From positions 174,476 to 238,475 of IMG/VR virus record IMGVR_UViG_3300043425_001539: a stretch of DNA of 64,000 bases; one strand, given 5' to 3'. The position numbers and the translations under genes are program-made. A model generated the notes under the pieces. That model was not told the DNA's origin. It did not search any database and worked only from the letters and a program-made list of their open reading frames with translations. Every line of letters starts with the position of its first letter. Position 1 is the stretch's first letter. This document shows, one piece after another, positions 9,268 to 19,195 of the stretch.

Positions 9268-10338
9268 TTATAATCCGTACCTGGATTTAGTGCTATTAAA
9301 TTCTTGTAAAATTGAAGATGTGTCAAGATTACTTGTCCAAATTTTAAAGGCACCCATATACGCATTCATATAGTAAGAATTTCCTCCTATTGCTCCAATC
9401 CACCAGTTTGGGTTATTAACACCTATATTTGCTACAGGTGTTCCTCCACCCGTAGTTGCAATTTCAACTCCATTTTTATAAAATTTAATTGTTTGATTGG
9501 TCCTGTTAAATACATAAGTTATCATTTGCCATGTATTTTCAGTTACGGTATCATTTGCTGTAAATTGTGTTCCGCCAGCCAAACCATTCCCAGCTTCAAA
9601 ATTAAGATTTCTGTTTTGTGTTTGCCACCCATTCCATGATGCTTTAAAACCGTTTGTGTTGGTGTTTGCTGCAGCATTTGACATCAAGCAATTAATGCTA
9701 AACTCTGACCTTGGATATACCCACCCATTAATTGTTATAGTATTTCCAAAATTATATTGACCAAATGATATTTTATCCGCGCCTCCATCAAAATCAAAAA
9801 CGCCGCTTGCAATTCCTGCATTATAAGCTGCGCCTGATATAGTACCGACGGCTCCTGTTACATTTCCTAAAGAACCTATATTATTTAAAACGGTGCCTGA
9901 TCCTGAATATGAAGAAGAAATTCCTGCATCATAATAAAATTGTGCAGTAATTCCTACAGTAGGTGACCAAGATGTCCAAAAATTGTTTAATGTCATCCAA
10001 TCTTTTGCGTCACTTGCAGACGCAAAGGGGCCTGTGCCTGATACTTCGCGAGATAACACATTTGCTAATCCCAAAAAAGAATTATCGGTTTTTTCTACAG
10101 ATCTCCAAAATTGAACATTACCATCGTTACTTCCATCAGCTGTAGGAAAATTTGCGCCTGTGACAGCCAAAGCAACTATATATCCCAAATCTTCATCAGG
10201 ACCAGCAAACCACTTAATACCTCCTGGATTTTTTGAATAATCCACGGTATTATTGCCAATCGCTAAATTTCCTGATTGCGTTGCACCTGTAATTGCAGAC
10301 ATTGAAGGATTATATGAAAAAGGTCTAACTGTTGCCAT
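9268..10338 (-). CDS. LamG/concanavalin A-like domain virion protein
   Basis: FDFDG..D.I, TITINGWVYP, NTWQMITYVF, KFYKNG, IGAIGG..Y.NAYMG LamG signature. Confidence 0.8.
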   Translation of the reverse strand: MATVRPFSYNPSMSAITGATQSGNLAIGNNTVDYSKNPGGIKWFAGPDEDLGYIVALAVTGANFPTADGSNDGNVQFWRSVEKTDNSFLGLANVLSREVSGTGPFASASDAKDWMTLNNFWTSWSPTVGITAQFYYDAGISSSYSGSGTVLNNIGSLGNVTGAVGTISGAAYNAGIASGVFDFDGGADKISFGQYNFGNTITINGWVYPRSEFSINCLMSNAAANTNTNGFKASWNGWQTQNRNLNFEAGNGLAGGTQFTANDTVTENTWQMITYVFNRTNQTIKFYKNGVEIATTGGGTPVANIGVNNPNWWIGAIGGNSYYMNAYMGAFKIWTSNLDTSSILQEFNSTKSRYGL

Positions 10339-10344
10339 ACAATA

Positions 10345-10827
10345 TTATCTTGTTAATGATGTATTTGTTAAATTTAATTCTCCTTTCATACCCACGTCGC
10401 GAGATTTCCAGTAATCTTTACCGTATGATATGAATATTTCTTCTCCTGCTTTAATAATTCTTGAAGCTCTGAAAACAATTCTTTCCTTGTTTTCATCGTA
10501 ATGCCATCTAGCGTTAGGCTGGTTTCTGTGATTATATAATGATCCGTTTCCTAGTGCTAGTGCATACTTGTTATCTTCAAGTTTAAACGCATAATCAATT
10601 AGTGAAGTATTAACAATTTCTTCTTTGGCAACAATTAAAACTGGGCATTCTTCAATTACTTCATTATCGGTAATTGGTTCAATAGCCCAAATACCTAATC
10701 CATCTACTTGTGAATTACCAACGGCTACTTTATCCCATTTTTTTACGGTTGGTGTTTTTCTTAAAAGTCCACCTCCATGTACAAAAATATCAGACTCTAA
10801 TATTTCTTCAAAAGATTTAAAATCCAT
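10345..10827 (-). CDS. SET-domain protein-lysine methyltransferase (tagged); likely start at 10827
   Basis: GLGIWA, LYNH..PNA and GEEIFISYG SET motifs; N-terminus MDFKSFEEILE-S. Confidence 0.85.
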   Translation of the reverse strand: MDFKSFEEILESDIFVHGGGLLRKTPTVKKWDKVAVGNSQVDGLGIWAIEPITDNEVIEECPVLIVAKEEIVNTSLIDYAFKLEDNKYALALGNGSLYNHRNQPNARWHYDENKERIVFRASRIIKAGEEIFISYGKDYWKSRDVGMKGELNLTNTSLTR

Positions 10828-10837
10828 TTTATCTGAT

Positions 10838-12670
10838 TTATTTTTTAAATGCCATATATTCCTCAAATTTCATAAATCTTTTTGGAACATTTTTATTTTC
10901 CTTTTTAATATCATCTTCATCATCTTTCTTTTCTTCCTCAGGCGCTTTTTCGTCATCTTTCTTTTCCTCCTCAGGTTTCTTTTCCTCAGGCGCTTTTTCG
11001 TCATCTTTCTTTTCCTCCTCGGGTTTCTTTTTATCTTCTTTATCTTCCTCGGGTTTTTTAACATCTGAAGTTTTTTCCTCAGGCTCTTTTTCTTCGCCAC
11101 CTAAATCTTTCAATTCTTGTATTGCATTTGTGATAGCTTCAGTGTCTTTTTCAGGCTCCAATTTAGGAAATTCTTTAAATGCTTTTGCTTCGTCGGGCAT
11201 TTCTTCATCCTCGCTTTCTATTCCTTTGTTAACCAATTCAACCATACGGTTGCGCAAATTAATTTGGTTTATCTTTGCTTGTTTAATTTTTTGTAAATCA
11301 GTGATTCCTTCGGTTGCAATTTTCTTTTTATCTTCGCCATCATAAGAATTAATACTTTTAAGTATAACACTTTTGATAGTACCTAAAGGGTCTTTTGATT
11401 CAGTTTCTTCGATAATTAAATTAATTGCCTCACTTAATTTAAAATTAATCATTCTGAATGAAGCAAAAGAAATTGATTCACTCATATTTTTTAATTCTTC
11501 TTTATAACCGTCAACCGTTTGTTTTGCTTTTTCTAAAGCATCACTAATTAATTTAGCTTTTTCTTCGTCGCCTGCTTCTTCAGCAGATTTTAACTCTTCT
11601 TCAGCTTTTTTAATTTTTTCTTCAGCTGACTCAATTCTATCTTTAAGTTCTTTGGTTTTTGAATCTTCAGTTTTTTCATCAGAAGATTTGTCAGATGTTT
11701 TATTTTGCTTGTCTTGAATAGCTTTTTCTATATCGACCCACTTTTTGTAAACTTCATTTGCTTTATTTGTGTACTCTGTGTATGCATCTTGCCATTGAGT
11801 AATTCCATACTTATTTAGAGATTCAATTTGTTTATTTGCTTTTTCAAATTGTTCATCAACATTTTCATCAACATTTTCATCATCTTTAACATCAGACAGC
11901 TTATTTTTTAATTCTTCAGATGTTTTTTTATCTCCCGTATCAGTTGCTATTTGAATTGCTTCTTCAAGAACCTCAATGTCAGCATTTCTTTTTGCTTCAG
12001 CAAATTCAAGATCCCATTTTTTCTTAAATGAACTTCCCAATATGTTGGATTGAAGTTCAATAAATTTTTCTTGTTTTTTTTCTATTTTTTCTTTTTCGGT
12101 TGTGTAATTATTTTCTGCCTTTTTCCACGCAACCTCTTTCATGTTTTCAGCTTTTTCCAATTCCTTTTTAGCATTTTCGGTATTACCTTTTGCCGCTGCT
12201 AATTTTTGATCTCGCTGTTTTCTTAACTGCTCTTGTTTTGCTGAGTTCCCTTCAGCTCGTTTAATCATTTCACGGTACTCGTCTTCAATTTGTGTTACAG
12301 CTGATTTATCTTCATCATCAGACGATGATTTGGTTTTTGCTTTAAGCGGCTCAATAACTTCAGTTTTATATTTATGATCAAATACATATTTTGATCTATC
12401 AGCGCTGGAATTTTTATAAGCTTCAATATATGGTTTTAATGAACTTTTTAATGACGTATAAATTGTTCTATTATACACAGACTTTGCAGCCAATAAAGCA
12501 ATGGATAACGTTCCTGCTGCTACTACATTTGCAACCGATTCCAATTCATTTCCTCCACCCCACGAAAATGGACCAATATCTAATCGAGTTGCCTCATCAC
12601 CTGAAAATTCATAAAGATGTTCATTGCTTTCAACAACAGTCTTTCTTTCAAGATAATCTTTAAACTTCAT
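10838..12670 (-). CDS. Large acidic/lysine-rich coiled-coil protein, putative head core or ejection protein
   Basis: Directly downstream of the MCP; MKFKDYLE start; one hydrophobic helix; KKPEEEKKDDEKAPEE repeats near the C-terminus. Confidence 0.5.
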   Translation of the reverse strand: MKFKDYLERKTVVESNEHLYEFSGDEATRLDIGPFSWGGGNELESVANVVAAGTLSIALLAAKSVYNRTIYTSLKSSLKPYIEAYKNSSADRSKYVFDHKYKTEVIEPLKAKTKSSSDDEDKSAVTQIEDEYREMIKRAEGNSAKQEQLRKQRDQKLAAAKGNTENAKKELEKAENMKEVAWKKAENNYTTEKEKIEKKQEKFIELQSNILGSSFKKKWDLEFAEAKRNADIEVLEEAIQIATDTGDKKTSEELKNKLSDVKDDENVDENVDEQFEKANKQIESLNKYGITQWQDAYTEYTNKANEVYKKWVDIEKAIQDKQNKTSDKSSDEKTEDSKTKELKDRIESAEEKIKKAEEELKSAEEAGDEEKAKLISDALEKAKQTVDGYKEELKNMSESISFASFRMINFKLSEAINLIIEETESKDPLGTIKSVILKSINSYDGEDKKKIATEGITDLQKIKQAKINQINLRNRMVELVNKGIESEDEEMPDEAKAFKEFPKLEPEKDTEAITNAIQELKDLGGEEKEPEEKTSDVKKPEEDKEDKKKPEEEKKDDEKAPEEKKPEEEKKDDEKAPEEEKKDDEDDIKKENKNVPKRFMKFEEYMAFKK

Positions 12671-12800
12671 AAACTAAAAAGATTTTTTGTTTATCTATAT
12701 ATCTTTATAGTTAATGAGAATAATGTTCTTAGAATCTTTTTTTCTTTAGGACCAATATGCATATTTGTTTTATACACATTTTAAAAAAAGTTTTATAAGT

Positions 12801-12831
12801 AAAAAAAGAGGGTGGCCATTGGCCACCCTCT
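12801..12831 (-). terminator. Terminator after the major capsid gene
   Basis: AGAGGGTGGCC-AAT-GGCCACCCTCT followed by a T-run. Confidence 0.85.
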
Positions 12832-12852
12832 AAGCGTATCTTCTTATAATGC

Positions 12853-14724
12853 TTAAGCAATAGTTGAAGAAGTAGATACTTGATCCCAGAAAGTACCGTT
12901 AAGATCTTTCAAGTTAATCAAGAATGTGAAGTATTGCGTTTGTGGGTGGAAACCAGCCTCAACAAGTGCATAACGAGATTTAACAGCAATTTTTGGTGCC
13001 ATTGTACCTTCTGCAATTGTTTGGATAGATTCAGCCATCAAGTATGGCATGAACTTAAGACCTGGCTCTTCATCAGCGCCTTTTCTACCAACAAGAATAC
13101 GAGTATCTTCGTACTTCATATTTGGATCAACATAAATCGTCATACCAGCGATCGTTCCCAATGGGTAAAGAGCGCCGTTATTTTGATTTACTGTGTTAGC
13201 CAATGGGTAGAAAGTAAACTGTGCAGAATCCTGAAGTGCTGTTGCAATTTGCAAGTTAGTCACTACAAAGTTACCTGGTCCACGACGGCCGCGTTGTGCA
13301 ACAACGTTTGCCGCAGCAAGAACTTTGGATTGGATTCTTCTTTGGAAAGTACCTTGGTTTTCAAAAGTAGTTGCAGAAGAAGTTCCGTATACTTGAACAT
13401 CTGGGCAAGGAATTGAAACCAATGAGTTTTCTTTACCAATGAAACGAGCATTACCAGTTGATGTTTGGTCAACAAGGGTAAGGTTAAGGTTAACACCGTC
13501 TACATTGTAGAAATCATAGTGGTTCTGCCAGCCAAGTGCAAATGCGCGAGACAAGATGTGTTTGTTGATTGACTGAGAAATCTCATTAACCAACGCATTT
13601 TCCATCATAGAAACAACATCGATACCGTACTGACGGTTAAGATCTTGAATTTGCTCAGTTGTTACAGTTGCAGCAACTTGGTAAGTTTCAGCTTCAACAA
13701 ATTTGGTGAAAGCTTGCAAGCCCATTGTTCTGTACTGAGTAGTTTCACCAACACCACGGCGCATTGGCTCGTAAGGAGTCAAACCGTTGGTTGCATCACC
13801 TGCAAAAGCATCGTTATCAAGAGGACCTGATCCAGCAAATCCTGCAATGTGATCTTCAAGAGCGCGAACCAATTCAGCAGAACCAGTGATATCTCCAGCA
13901 GCACCTACAATTGTCATTCCAGTTGTTGTGTAAGTGGAAGGATTAGTAAGAGCATTTCCAGAGTATGAAGTTGCAGAATACAATGTTGCAGCACCGTCCA
14001 ATACATCAGCAAGAGTAATACCTTGTGTATTTGCAGGAAGAGCATTGAATGTTTGAGCGCCTGTGCTTGTTACAGCAGTTGATTCGCCAAGAATACGGAA
14101 GATTTGCCCGCCGTCGATTCTTGATTTACCTACATAAGCAACAAGAAGTCCGTCGATGCCAGCACCTGCAGCAGCAGCGGTAAATACATAACCGTCACCA
14201 GCATTCGCAGTTGCAAGATCAGCAAGTGCAGTTGCGCCCAAGCCAGAACGAGAAATCTTGAATACCAAGAATTTATCAGTAAATCCTGTGTTGCCAGTCA
14301 AACCGTTTTGACCTTTGATACCAGGAGCATTTACATCACGTCCGCCAGCATATACATAATCAAGATATGTAAGAACACCCGCAGGGCCATTCATAGGAAT
14401 TACAGGAACGATATCGAAGCCAACTGTTCTAGCAGCAACCTGAATTGCCAACGGAAGTAAAGATGGGAATTTATCGCCAGATCCCAATGCATTTGCGCTG
14501 TAGAAGGCACCCGCACCGCCAGCAACTGTAGAAGCTGGAGCAACGTTACCCATACCTGGTGTATTTAAAAGTGATGCTTGTGGGTAAGCAAAACCTTCAT
14601 TGAGTGAATGGTAATGAGCATACTTACTCATCCATGTTAGTTTGTTTGATTCTTTAATACCCGTCTTTTCCTCAAGAATAGGGGCCCAAGTCTCAAACAC
14701 TTGTGATTCATTTAACAAGTTCAT
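12853..14724 (-). CDS. gp23: Major capsid protein, T4 gp23-like
   Basis: VIPMNGPAG, EISQSINKHIL, RRGPGNFVV, FMPY and PKIAVKSRYA motifs; long Ala/Gly/Thr-rich insertion. Confidence 0.9.
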   Translation of the reverse strand: MNLLNESQVFETWAPILEEKTGIKESNKLTWMSKYAHYHSLNEGFAYPQASLLNTPGMGNVAPASTVAGGAGAFYSANALGSGDKFPSLLPLAIQVAARTVGFDIVPVIPMNGPAGVLTYLDYVYAGGRDVNAPGIKGQNGLTGNTGFTDKFLVFKISRSGLGATALADLATANAGDGYVFTAAAAGAGIDGLLVAYVGKSRIDGGQIFRILGESTAVTSTGAQTFNALPANTQGITLADVLDGAATLYSATSYSGNALTNPSTYTTTGMTIVGAAGDITGSAELVRALEDHIAGFAGSGPLDNDAFAGDATNGLTPYEPMRRGVGETTQYRTMGLQAFTKFVEAETYQVAATVTTEQIQDLNRQYGIDVVSMMENALVNEISQSINKHILSRAFALGWQNHYDFYNVDGVNLNLTLVDQTSTGNARFIGKENSLVSIPCPDVQVYGTSSATTFENQGTFQRRIQSKVLAAANVVAQRGRRGPGNFVVTNLQIATALQDSAQFTFYPLANTVNQNNGALYPLGTIAGMTIYVDPNMKYEDTRILVGRKGADEEPGLKFMPYLMAESIQTIAEGTMAPKIAVKSRYALVEAGFHPQTQYFTFLINLKDLNGTFWDQVSTSSTIA

Positions 14725-14745
14725 GTTTTTAGAGATTTGTTTTTT

Positions 14746-16590
14746 TTAACGTTTTACGAATCTGTTCAATCCGTTTGCTACATTCTTAACATAATCATTT
14801 GAGTAGCCAAGAGGATTAATGTCATTCTTAGCAGTCTCAATTCTTTTTGATTCATTAAGACTTTCAACAATGGCTTGATCAGTTTTGCCAAGTCCTCTTG
14901 TCTGCCAGAAGTTATTGATTTGGTATTGAGTTTCCAATCTGTAAAGGTTGGCTTGACGTGTGATGCGGTCTTTAACTTCCGTTGATGCTGCTTCCCAAAC
15001 AGGAAGGTATTCAACAGGCATGTTAGTCAACCACTTTTCGTTAGTTTCAACATTTGCAAGTGCAGATTCCCAAACTTTAACAATTCTTTCTTCGCTGAAA
15101 GAAGGATTAGCGTTGAGAGCGTTGGTGACCCTTTGCTTTTCGGTCTCGTTCAAAGAAAAGAATTCATTTCTTTTGTTCTCTCCTAAGAATTTTACGAATG
15201 GATAACGAGCATCATTAGATTTTTCATCTACCTTTTGTTTTTTGATAGAATCCAATACTGCTTCAATTTTATTATCAAGACTAGCGTATCTGTTTACAAT
15301 ATTTTCTTTGATTGAAGAAGATACCATGTCTCTTTCTTTGTTTTCTGATACATCAAATGATTTTCCATCAGCTGAAGGCATCATATTTTCAAACATATGT
15401 TCTGCATATTCAGTAAGATTTTTAAAGTCTTGTTTGGATGCAACATTTTCAGTTATATATTCTGTGTAACGAATTGCATTATCGGTATGTTCAGCAATAT
15501 ATTCTGCATATGAAAGAGTTTGATTCATTTTCTCTGCAAGATAATTGCCATACTTGATGCTCTCTTCCAATTTTTCAGCTACATATTCATTATAGTTGAT
15601 AGAGCTATTTAATTTTTCTGCAAGATAATTGCTATATTCAAATCCTTTGTCCATTTTTTCAGCAATCATTTCTGAGTACTGAATACCACGATCAGATTTT
15701 TCTGCAACATATTCAGAATATTTAATATTTTGGTCCAGTTTTTCACCAAGATATTCTGAATAAGCTAATGCCTGATTTTGTGTTTCAGACAAATAGTTTG
15801 CGTATTTACGGAGATTATGAATTTCTTCTTGAAGCTTGTCAATTTTTTCATCTTTTTCCGTAATGGTGGAAATAGAGTTTAATCTTTCGTTAATCTTAGC
15901 AATTTCGTCTTTAATAATCAACGAATATTTGTTCATTTCCTCAATGGATACAAATTCATTTTGTGACATATTTTCTTTTATTTTTTCCTTTTGAGTATAT
16001 ATCTCATTAGAATCCATGCTTTCAAAAAAAGCTGGGAACTCATTGGTTACATCATAAATTGCAACTTGATCATTATTGTCAAAACCAAGGCTTTCATTAA
16101 TTTTACTTAAGCGTGCATTTTCAAATCCAGGATCAGCAACAAGATCATACGTAAAAATTCTTTTGATCTGAACTTTTTTGTTTTCACCAACCACACCTGC
16201 TGCTCTTGACGAAATGCTAATAGGAACACCCGTGTCAACTAAATTTTTAGCAATTTGTCCACTTGGTGTATCAAGAAGCTTAATTCTTCCTACAATTTGT
16301 CTTTTCTTTGCATCATATTTAATATCTTCAATCAAGTGACTTACTTTTGATAAAGAAATATCAAATTTATCTGGGTGATCCAATTCTCCCAAAAGACGAT
16401 TTTCAGAAATCTTCTTTTTTAAATAATCCAGGTGAGGAAGATATTCTTTTTCTTCATATATACGATTATTATTATTCTCTACTCCAAATTGTGCAAAAAC
16501 ACCTTCAAGAACATAATCGTCATTTTTTTTACTTACTGAAAGATTTTCACCAGATCTTTCAAGTATCATTAAGTATTGCTTGTTACTCAT
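14746..16590 (-). CDS. gp21: Prohead protease (T4 gp21-like) fused to a coiled-coil scaffold/core domain
   Basis: N.N.RIY, LGELDHP, ISSRAAG and TYDLVADPGF protease motifs; YxEYxAEK 14-aa repeats in the C-terminal half; immediately upstream of the MCP. Confidence 0.88.
   Translation of the reverse strand: MSNKQYLMILERSGENLSVSKKNDDYVLEGVFAQFGVENNNNRIYEEKEYLPHLDYLKKKISENRLLGELDHPDKFDISLSKVSHLIEDIKYDAKKRQIVGRIKLLDTPSGQIAKNLVDTGVPISISSRAAGVVGENKKVQIKRIFTYDLVADPGFENARLSKINESLGFDNNDQVAIYDVTNEFPAFFESMDSNEIYTQKEKIKENMSQNEFVSIEEMNKYSLIIKDEIAKINERLNSISTITEKDEKIDKLQEEIHNLRKYANYLSETQNQALAYSEYLGEKLDQNIKYSEYVAEKSDRGIQYSEMIAEKMDKGFEYSNYLAEKLNSSINYNEYVAEKLEESIKYGNYLAEKMNQTLSYAEYIAEHTDNAIRYTEYITENVASKQDFKNLTEYAEHMFENMMPSADGKSFDVSENKERDMVSSSIKENIVNRYASLDNKIEAVLDSIKKQKVDEKSNDARYPFVKFLGENKRNEFFSLNETEKQRVTNALNANPSFSEERIVKVWESALANVETNEKWLTNMPVEYLPVWEAASTEVKDRITRQANLYRLETQYQINNFWQTRGLGKTDQAIVESLNESKRIETAKNDINPLGYSNDYVKNVANGLNRFVKR
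15996..16003 (-). promoter_or_regulatory. Late-promoter motif internal to the protease gene
   Basis: GATATATA followed by an A-rich leader and an in-frame ATG at 15969. Confidence 0.5.
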
Positions 16591-16701
16591 TTCTTTTTTA
16601 TATTTTTGTCTTAACAAATGACGTAATTTTAAAAATTAAACAAATTGCTGAATGTTTAATTTATGTATATATCATACACATTTTCATAAAAAAATAATTC
16701 T

Positions 16702-17346
16702 TTATTTTCTTAATATTACACGTATAACTACTGGGTTTCTATCCCCGAAAGGTGATAAATTGTTGGATTGTATTACATATTCTGGAACAAAACCTATTTC
16801 TTTAACTCTTCTTAAAAAATCTTCCAAAATATTAAATCTACGGTAATGTCCGTCAAATATCCACTCATTTTTACTTATCATTTGTCCTTGTCCACAAAGT
16901 TCATCATAATTTGATCTTGTCTCAACAAAAAATAACCCTCCATCCTCAATTAAATCGTATATGGATTTAATTGTCCTATATTCACTTACATCATCCACAC
17001 TATGTAAAGAAAATCTTGAATATGCAACATCAAATGTTTCTTTTATTTCAAGACGAGTAAAATCCGCAACAAAGTAATTAACCCGAGTATTTTTTTCTTT
17101 TAATTTATTAATTGAAACTTCTGAAAGATCACACGCGTAAACTTCATTTTTTAAAGCTAAATGTTCAGCGTCTCTGCCATTACCGCATCCAATTTCAAGA
17201 ATTTTGTATTTCTTGTCCTTATTTTCAGAATTTAATATTTGTTGTGTAAAAAGAGCAAAGTTTGATGGATTGGATATTTCAGGAGCGTTTTGCTTTTTTT
17301 CATAATATTCATTCCAATATTTATTATCTTTAATATGTGCTATCAT
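16702..17346 (-). CDS. Class I SAM-dependent methyltransferase
   Basis: ILEIGCGNGRDA; FDVAYSRFSLH. Confidence 0.85.
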   Translation of the reverse strand: MIAHIKDNKYWNEYYEKKQNAPEISNPSNFALFTQQILNSENKDKKYKILEIGCGNGRDAEHLALKNEVYACDLSEVSINKLKEKNTRVNYFVADFTRLEIKETFDVAYSRFSLHSVDDVSEYRTIKSIYDLIEDGGLFFVETRSNYDELCGQGQMISKNEWIFDGHYRRFNILEDFLRRVKEIGFVPEYVIQSNNLSPFGDRNPVVIRVILRK

Positions 17347-18065
17347 TTTCTTATTTCCTTTTCTTTGTTTTTAAAATTATAATAATAATGCCCGTCCAAA
17401 TCTAGCAAACACCAGGGTTTATTTTTTCGATAGTCAAATGTAGGATCAGGAACATTCCACTCTTTTCCGTATAACTGTTCCAAATAACTTTCTACATCAG
17501 AAGGTATTTTAAATTTAACACCTTTGAATTGCATGGTATCAAGTTTTTGTATATACTTACTCTTTGTTCTGATGTACTGTTCGCGCCCGCCATATTTAAA
17601 CATATGATAATCTTCATGCGGAAAATATAAAAATATGTCACATGAAATTTCAATATCTTTAAATTTAACAACTTTATTGTTTTTCTTTAATACAAATTTA
17701 AGATTTCTTGATTTAACAAATTCATCATTTTCCAAATGATTTAATATATCTTCAGTATCATAAAACATTCTGTTTGGTACCGATAGTCTATCTTGTAAAT
17801 CTTGTATCAATTTAGGTGTTATGTCTTCAGCTAAAATACCAACATCACAATCACTGTCGCCGTCAATAAGAGCTTTATCTCGGTAAATACCAAGAAGAGT
17901 TCCACAATCAACCCAAAACTTGGCATTGTGTTTGTTAAAGATGGCAATTAAATCTTGTAAATTTTGAAATTGTAAATCCTTTAATTTTTGATAATCATCT
18001 TTGGACCAGCTATCTTTGCTGATATTTGCCTCGTTTAACCAATCTGTGTAATTTTTAATATTCAT
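17343..18065 (-). CDS. LicD-family nucleotidyl/phosphotransferase (tagged)
   Basis: WVDCGTLLGIYRD..GDSDCDV; IPSD..YL..YG..W..P; N-terminus MNIKNYTDWLNE-A. Confidence 0.82.
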   Translation of the reverse strand: MNIKNYTDWLNEANISKDSWSKDDYQKLKDLQFQNLQDLIAIFNKHNAKFWVDCGTLLGIYRDKALIDGDSDCDVGILAEDITPKLIQDLQDRLSVPNRMFYDTEDILNHLENDEFVKSRNLKFVLKKNNKVVKFKDIEISCDIFLYFPHEDYHMFKYGGREQYIRTKSKYIQKLDTMQFKGVKFKIPSDVESYLEQLYGKEWNVPDPTFDYRKNKPWCLLDLDGHYYYNFKNKEKEIRK

Positions 18066-18139
18066 TTCATACTTAAATATTTGGGTAAAGTATATATCAT
18101 TGCAGAAAAGAACGTTTCTAAGTACTTAGAAAAACTTAC

Positions 18140-18170
18140 AAAAAAAGAGACGCCGTATAAGGCATCTCTT
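18140..18170 (-). terminator. Rho-independent terminator
   Basis: AAGAGATGCC/GGCGTCTCTT stem followed by a T-run. Confidence 0.7.
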
Positions 18171-18194
18171 AAGATTTATTATTCACTATCTATT

Positions 18195-18509
18195 TTACAA
18201 AGAAGTTGACACAACAGACTTCCTATCAGGCATTTGAAGGCTATCCTCGTTTGAATTTGAAAATGATACTTGTTTCAATCCATCCTCTGTGCTAAAATCC
18301 GCAATTTTTTTACCAGCGCTATTTTTAACAATCCCTGACATCATTTTTCCGTCAAAATAGCTAACTTCAATATTTTTCCCATTCTTAAGATAGCTTACAG
18401 TTGTTTTAAGCTTTTCCAATGCGCTTTGAATTTTTTGTACCAATACTGATTCTTGCATATTAGATTCATTTAAAAAGGATTCAAACGTTTGAATGTGCTT
18501 GTTTTTCAT
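18195..18509 (-). CDS. Putative internal head protein (tagged)
   Basis: MKNKHIQTFESFLNE-S. Confidence 0.6.
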   Translation of the reverse strand: MKNKHIQTFESFLNESNMQESVLVQKIQSALEKLKTTVSYLKNGKNIEVSYFDGKMMSGIVKNSAGKKIADFSTEDGLKQVSFSNSNEDSLQMPDRKSVVSTSL

Positions 18510-18567
18510 AATTTATTTATTTATTTTTTTGTAAAAAAATTTCTTTTGTTATATATTCATTTTTAAA

Positions 18568-19098
18568 TTACTTTTTAATCCACTCAGGAGCTTTTCGATC
18601 TGTTGGATTTTTAAAATCCATGCCTAATGCTTCAAAAATGGATTCCTCGGTAGATCCTGCAACCTTGACATCTGTCTCACGTTGATATAAACCATATTCA
18701 TTTAGTTTAAATCCTTTTGTTTTTGCCACTTTTCTAATATGAATATTATACATGGCGGGTCCTGTACTTTGATATAAACAAGCACCGTATGATTCAGGTG
18801 TGGTGATAAAAATATTCACTGGGCGTCCTAAATACATTCCAAATAATTTTTTCATTCCGCCATATTCAAACTCAATCGTTTCTTTAATTTTGGCAATAAA
18901 TTCATGGACCGGTGTTTTTGGTATGATTACAATATCTATATCACCTACCATATCTTTGCCTTGACGAAGGGATCCAGCAATATCGTATTTTTCGCAAAAT
19001 TCATCAATGCGACAGCAAAGTTCATTTGCGATAAGTAGTGCTTCATGTGAAGAAGTTTTTTCAAAATTAGCTTTTGCCGTAGATTTAGTTTTGCTCAT
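18568..19098 (-). CDS. polX: Minimal family X DNA polymerase; likely start at 19098 (MSKTKS)
   Basis: AGSLRQG..GDIDI, STG, LNEYGL and EESIFEALG motifs; no 8-kDa lyase domain. Confidence 0.85.
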   Translation of the reverse strand: MSKTKSTAKANFEKTSSHEALLIANELCCRIDEFCEKYDIAGSLRQGKDMVGDIDIVIIPKTPVHEFIAKIKETIEFEYGGMKKLFGMYLGRPVNIFITTPESYGACLYQSTGPAMYNIHIRKVAKTKGFKLNEYGLYQRETDVKVAGSTEESIFEALGMDFKNPTDRKAPEWIKK

Positions 19099-19102
19099 AA
19101 TA

Positions 19103-19195
19103 GTTGTTTTTAATTTATATACAAATATACAACTATTTGTTGAATAAAAAAAATTTTTGGGCAACTTTTTTTCTCAAAAAAGTGTTAAAATTTTT
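19103..19195 (-). promoter_or_regulatory. Early promoter cassette copy
   Basis: GTTGCCCAAAAATTTT..GTTGTATATTTGTATATAAATTAAAAACAAC. Confidence 0.8.
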
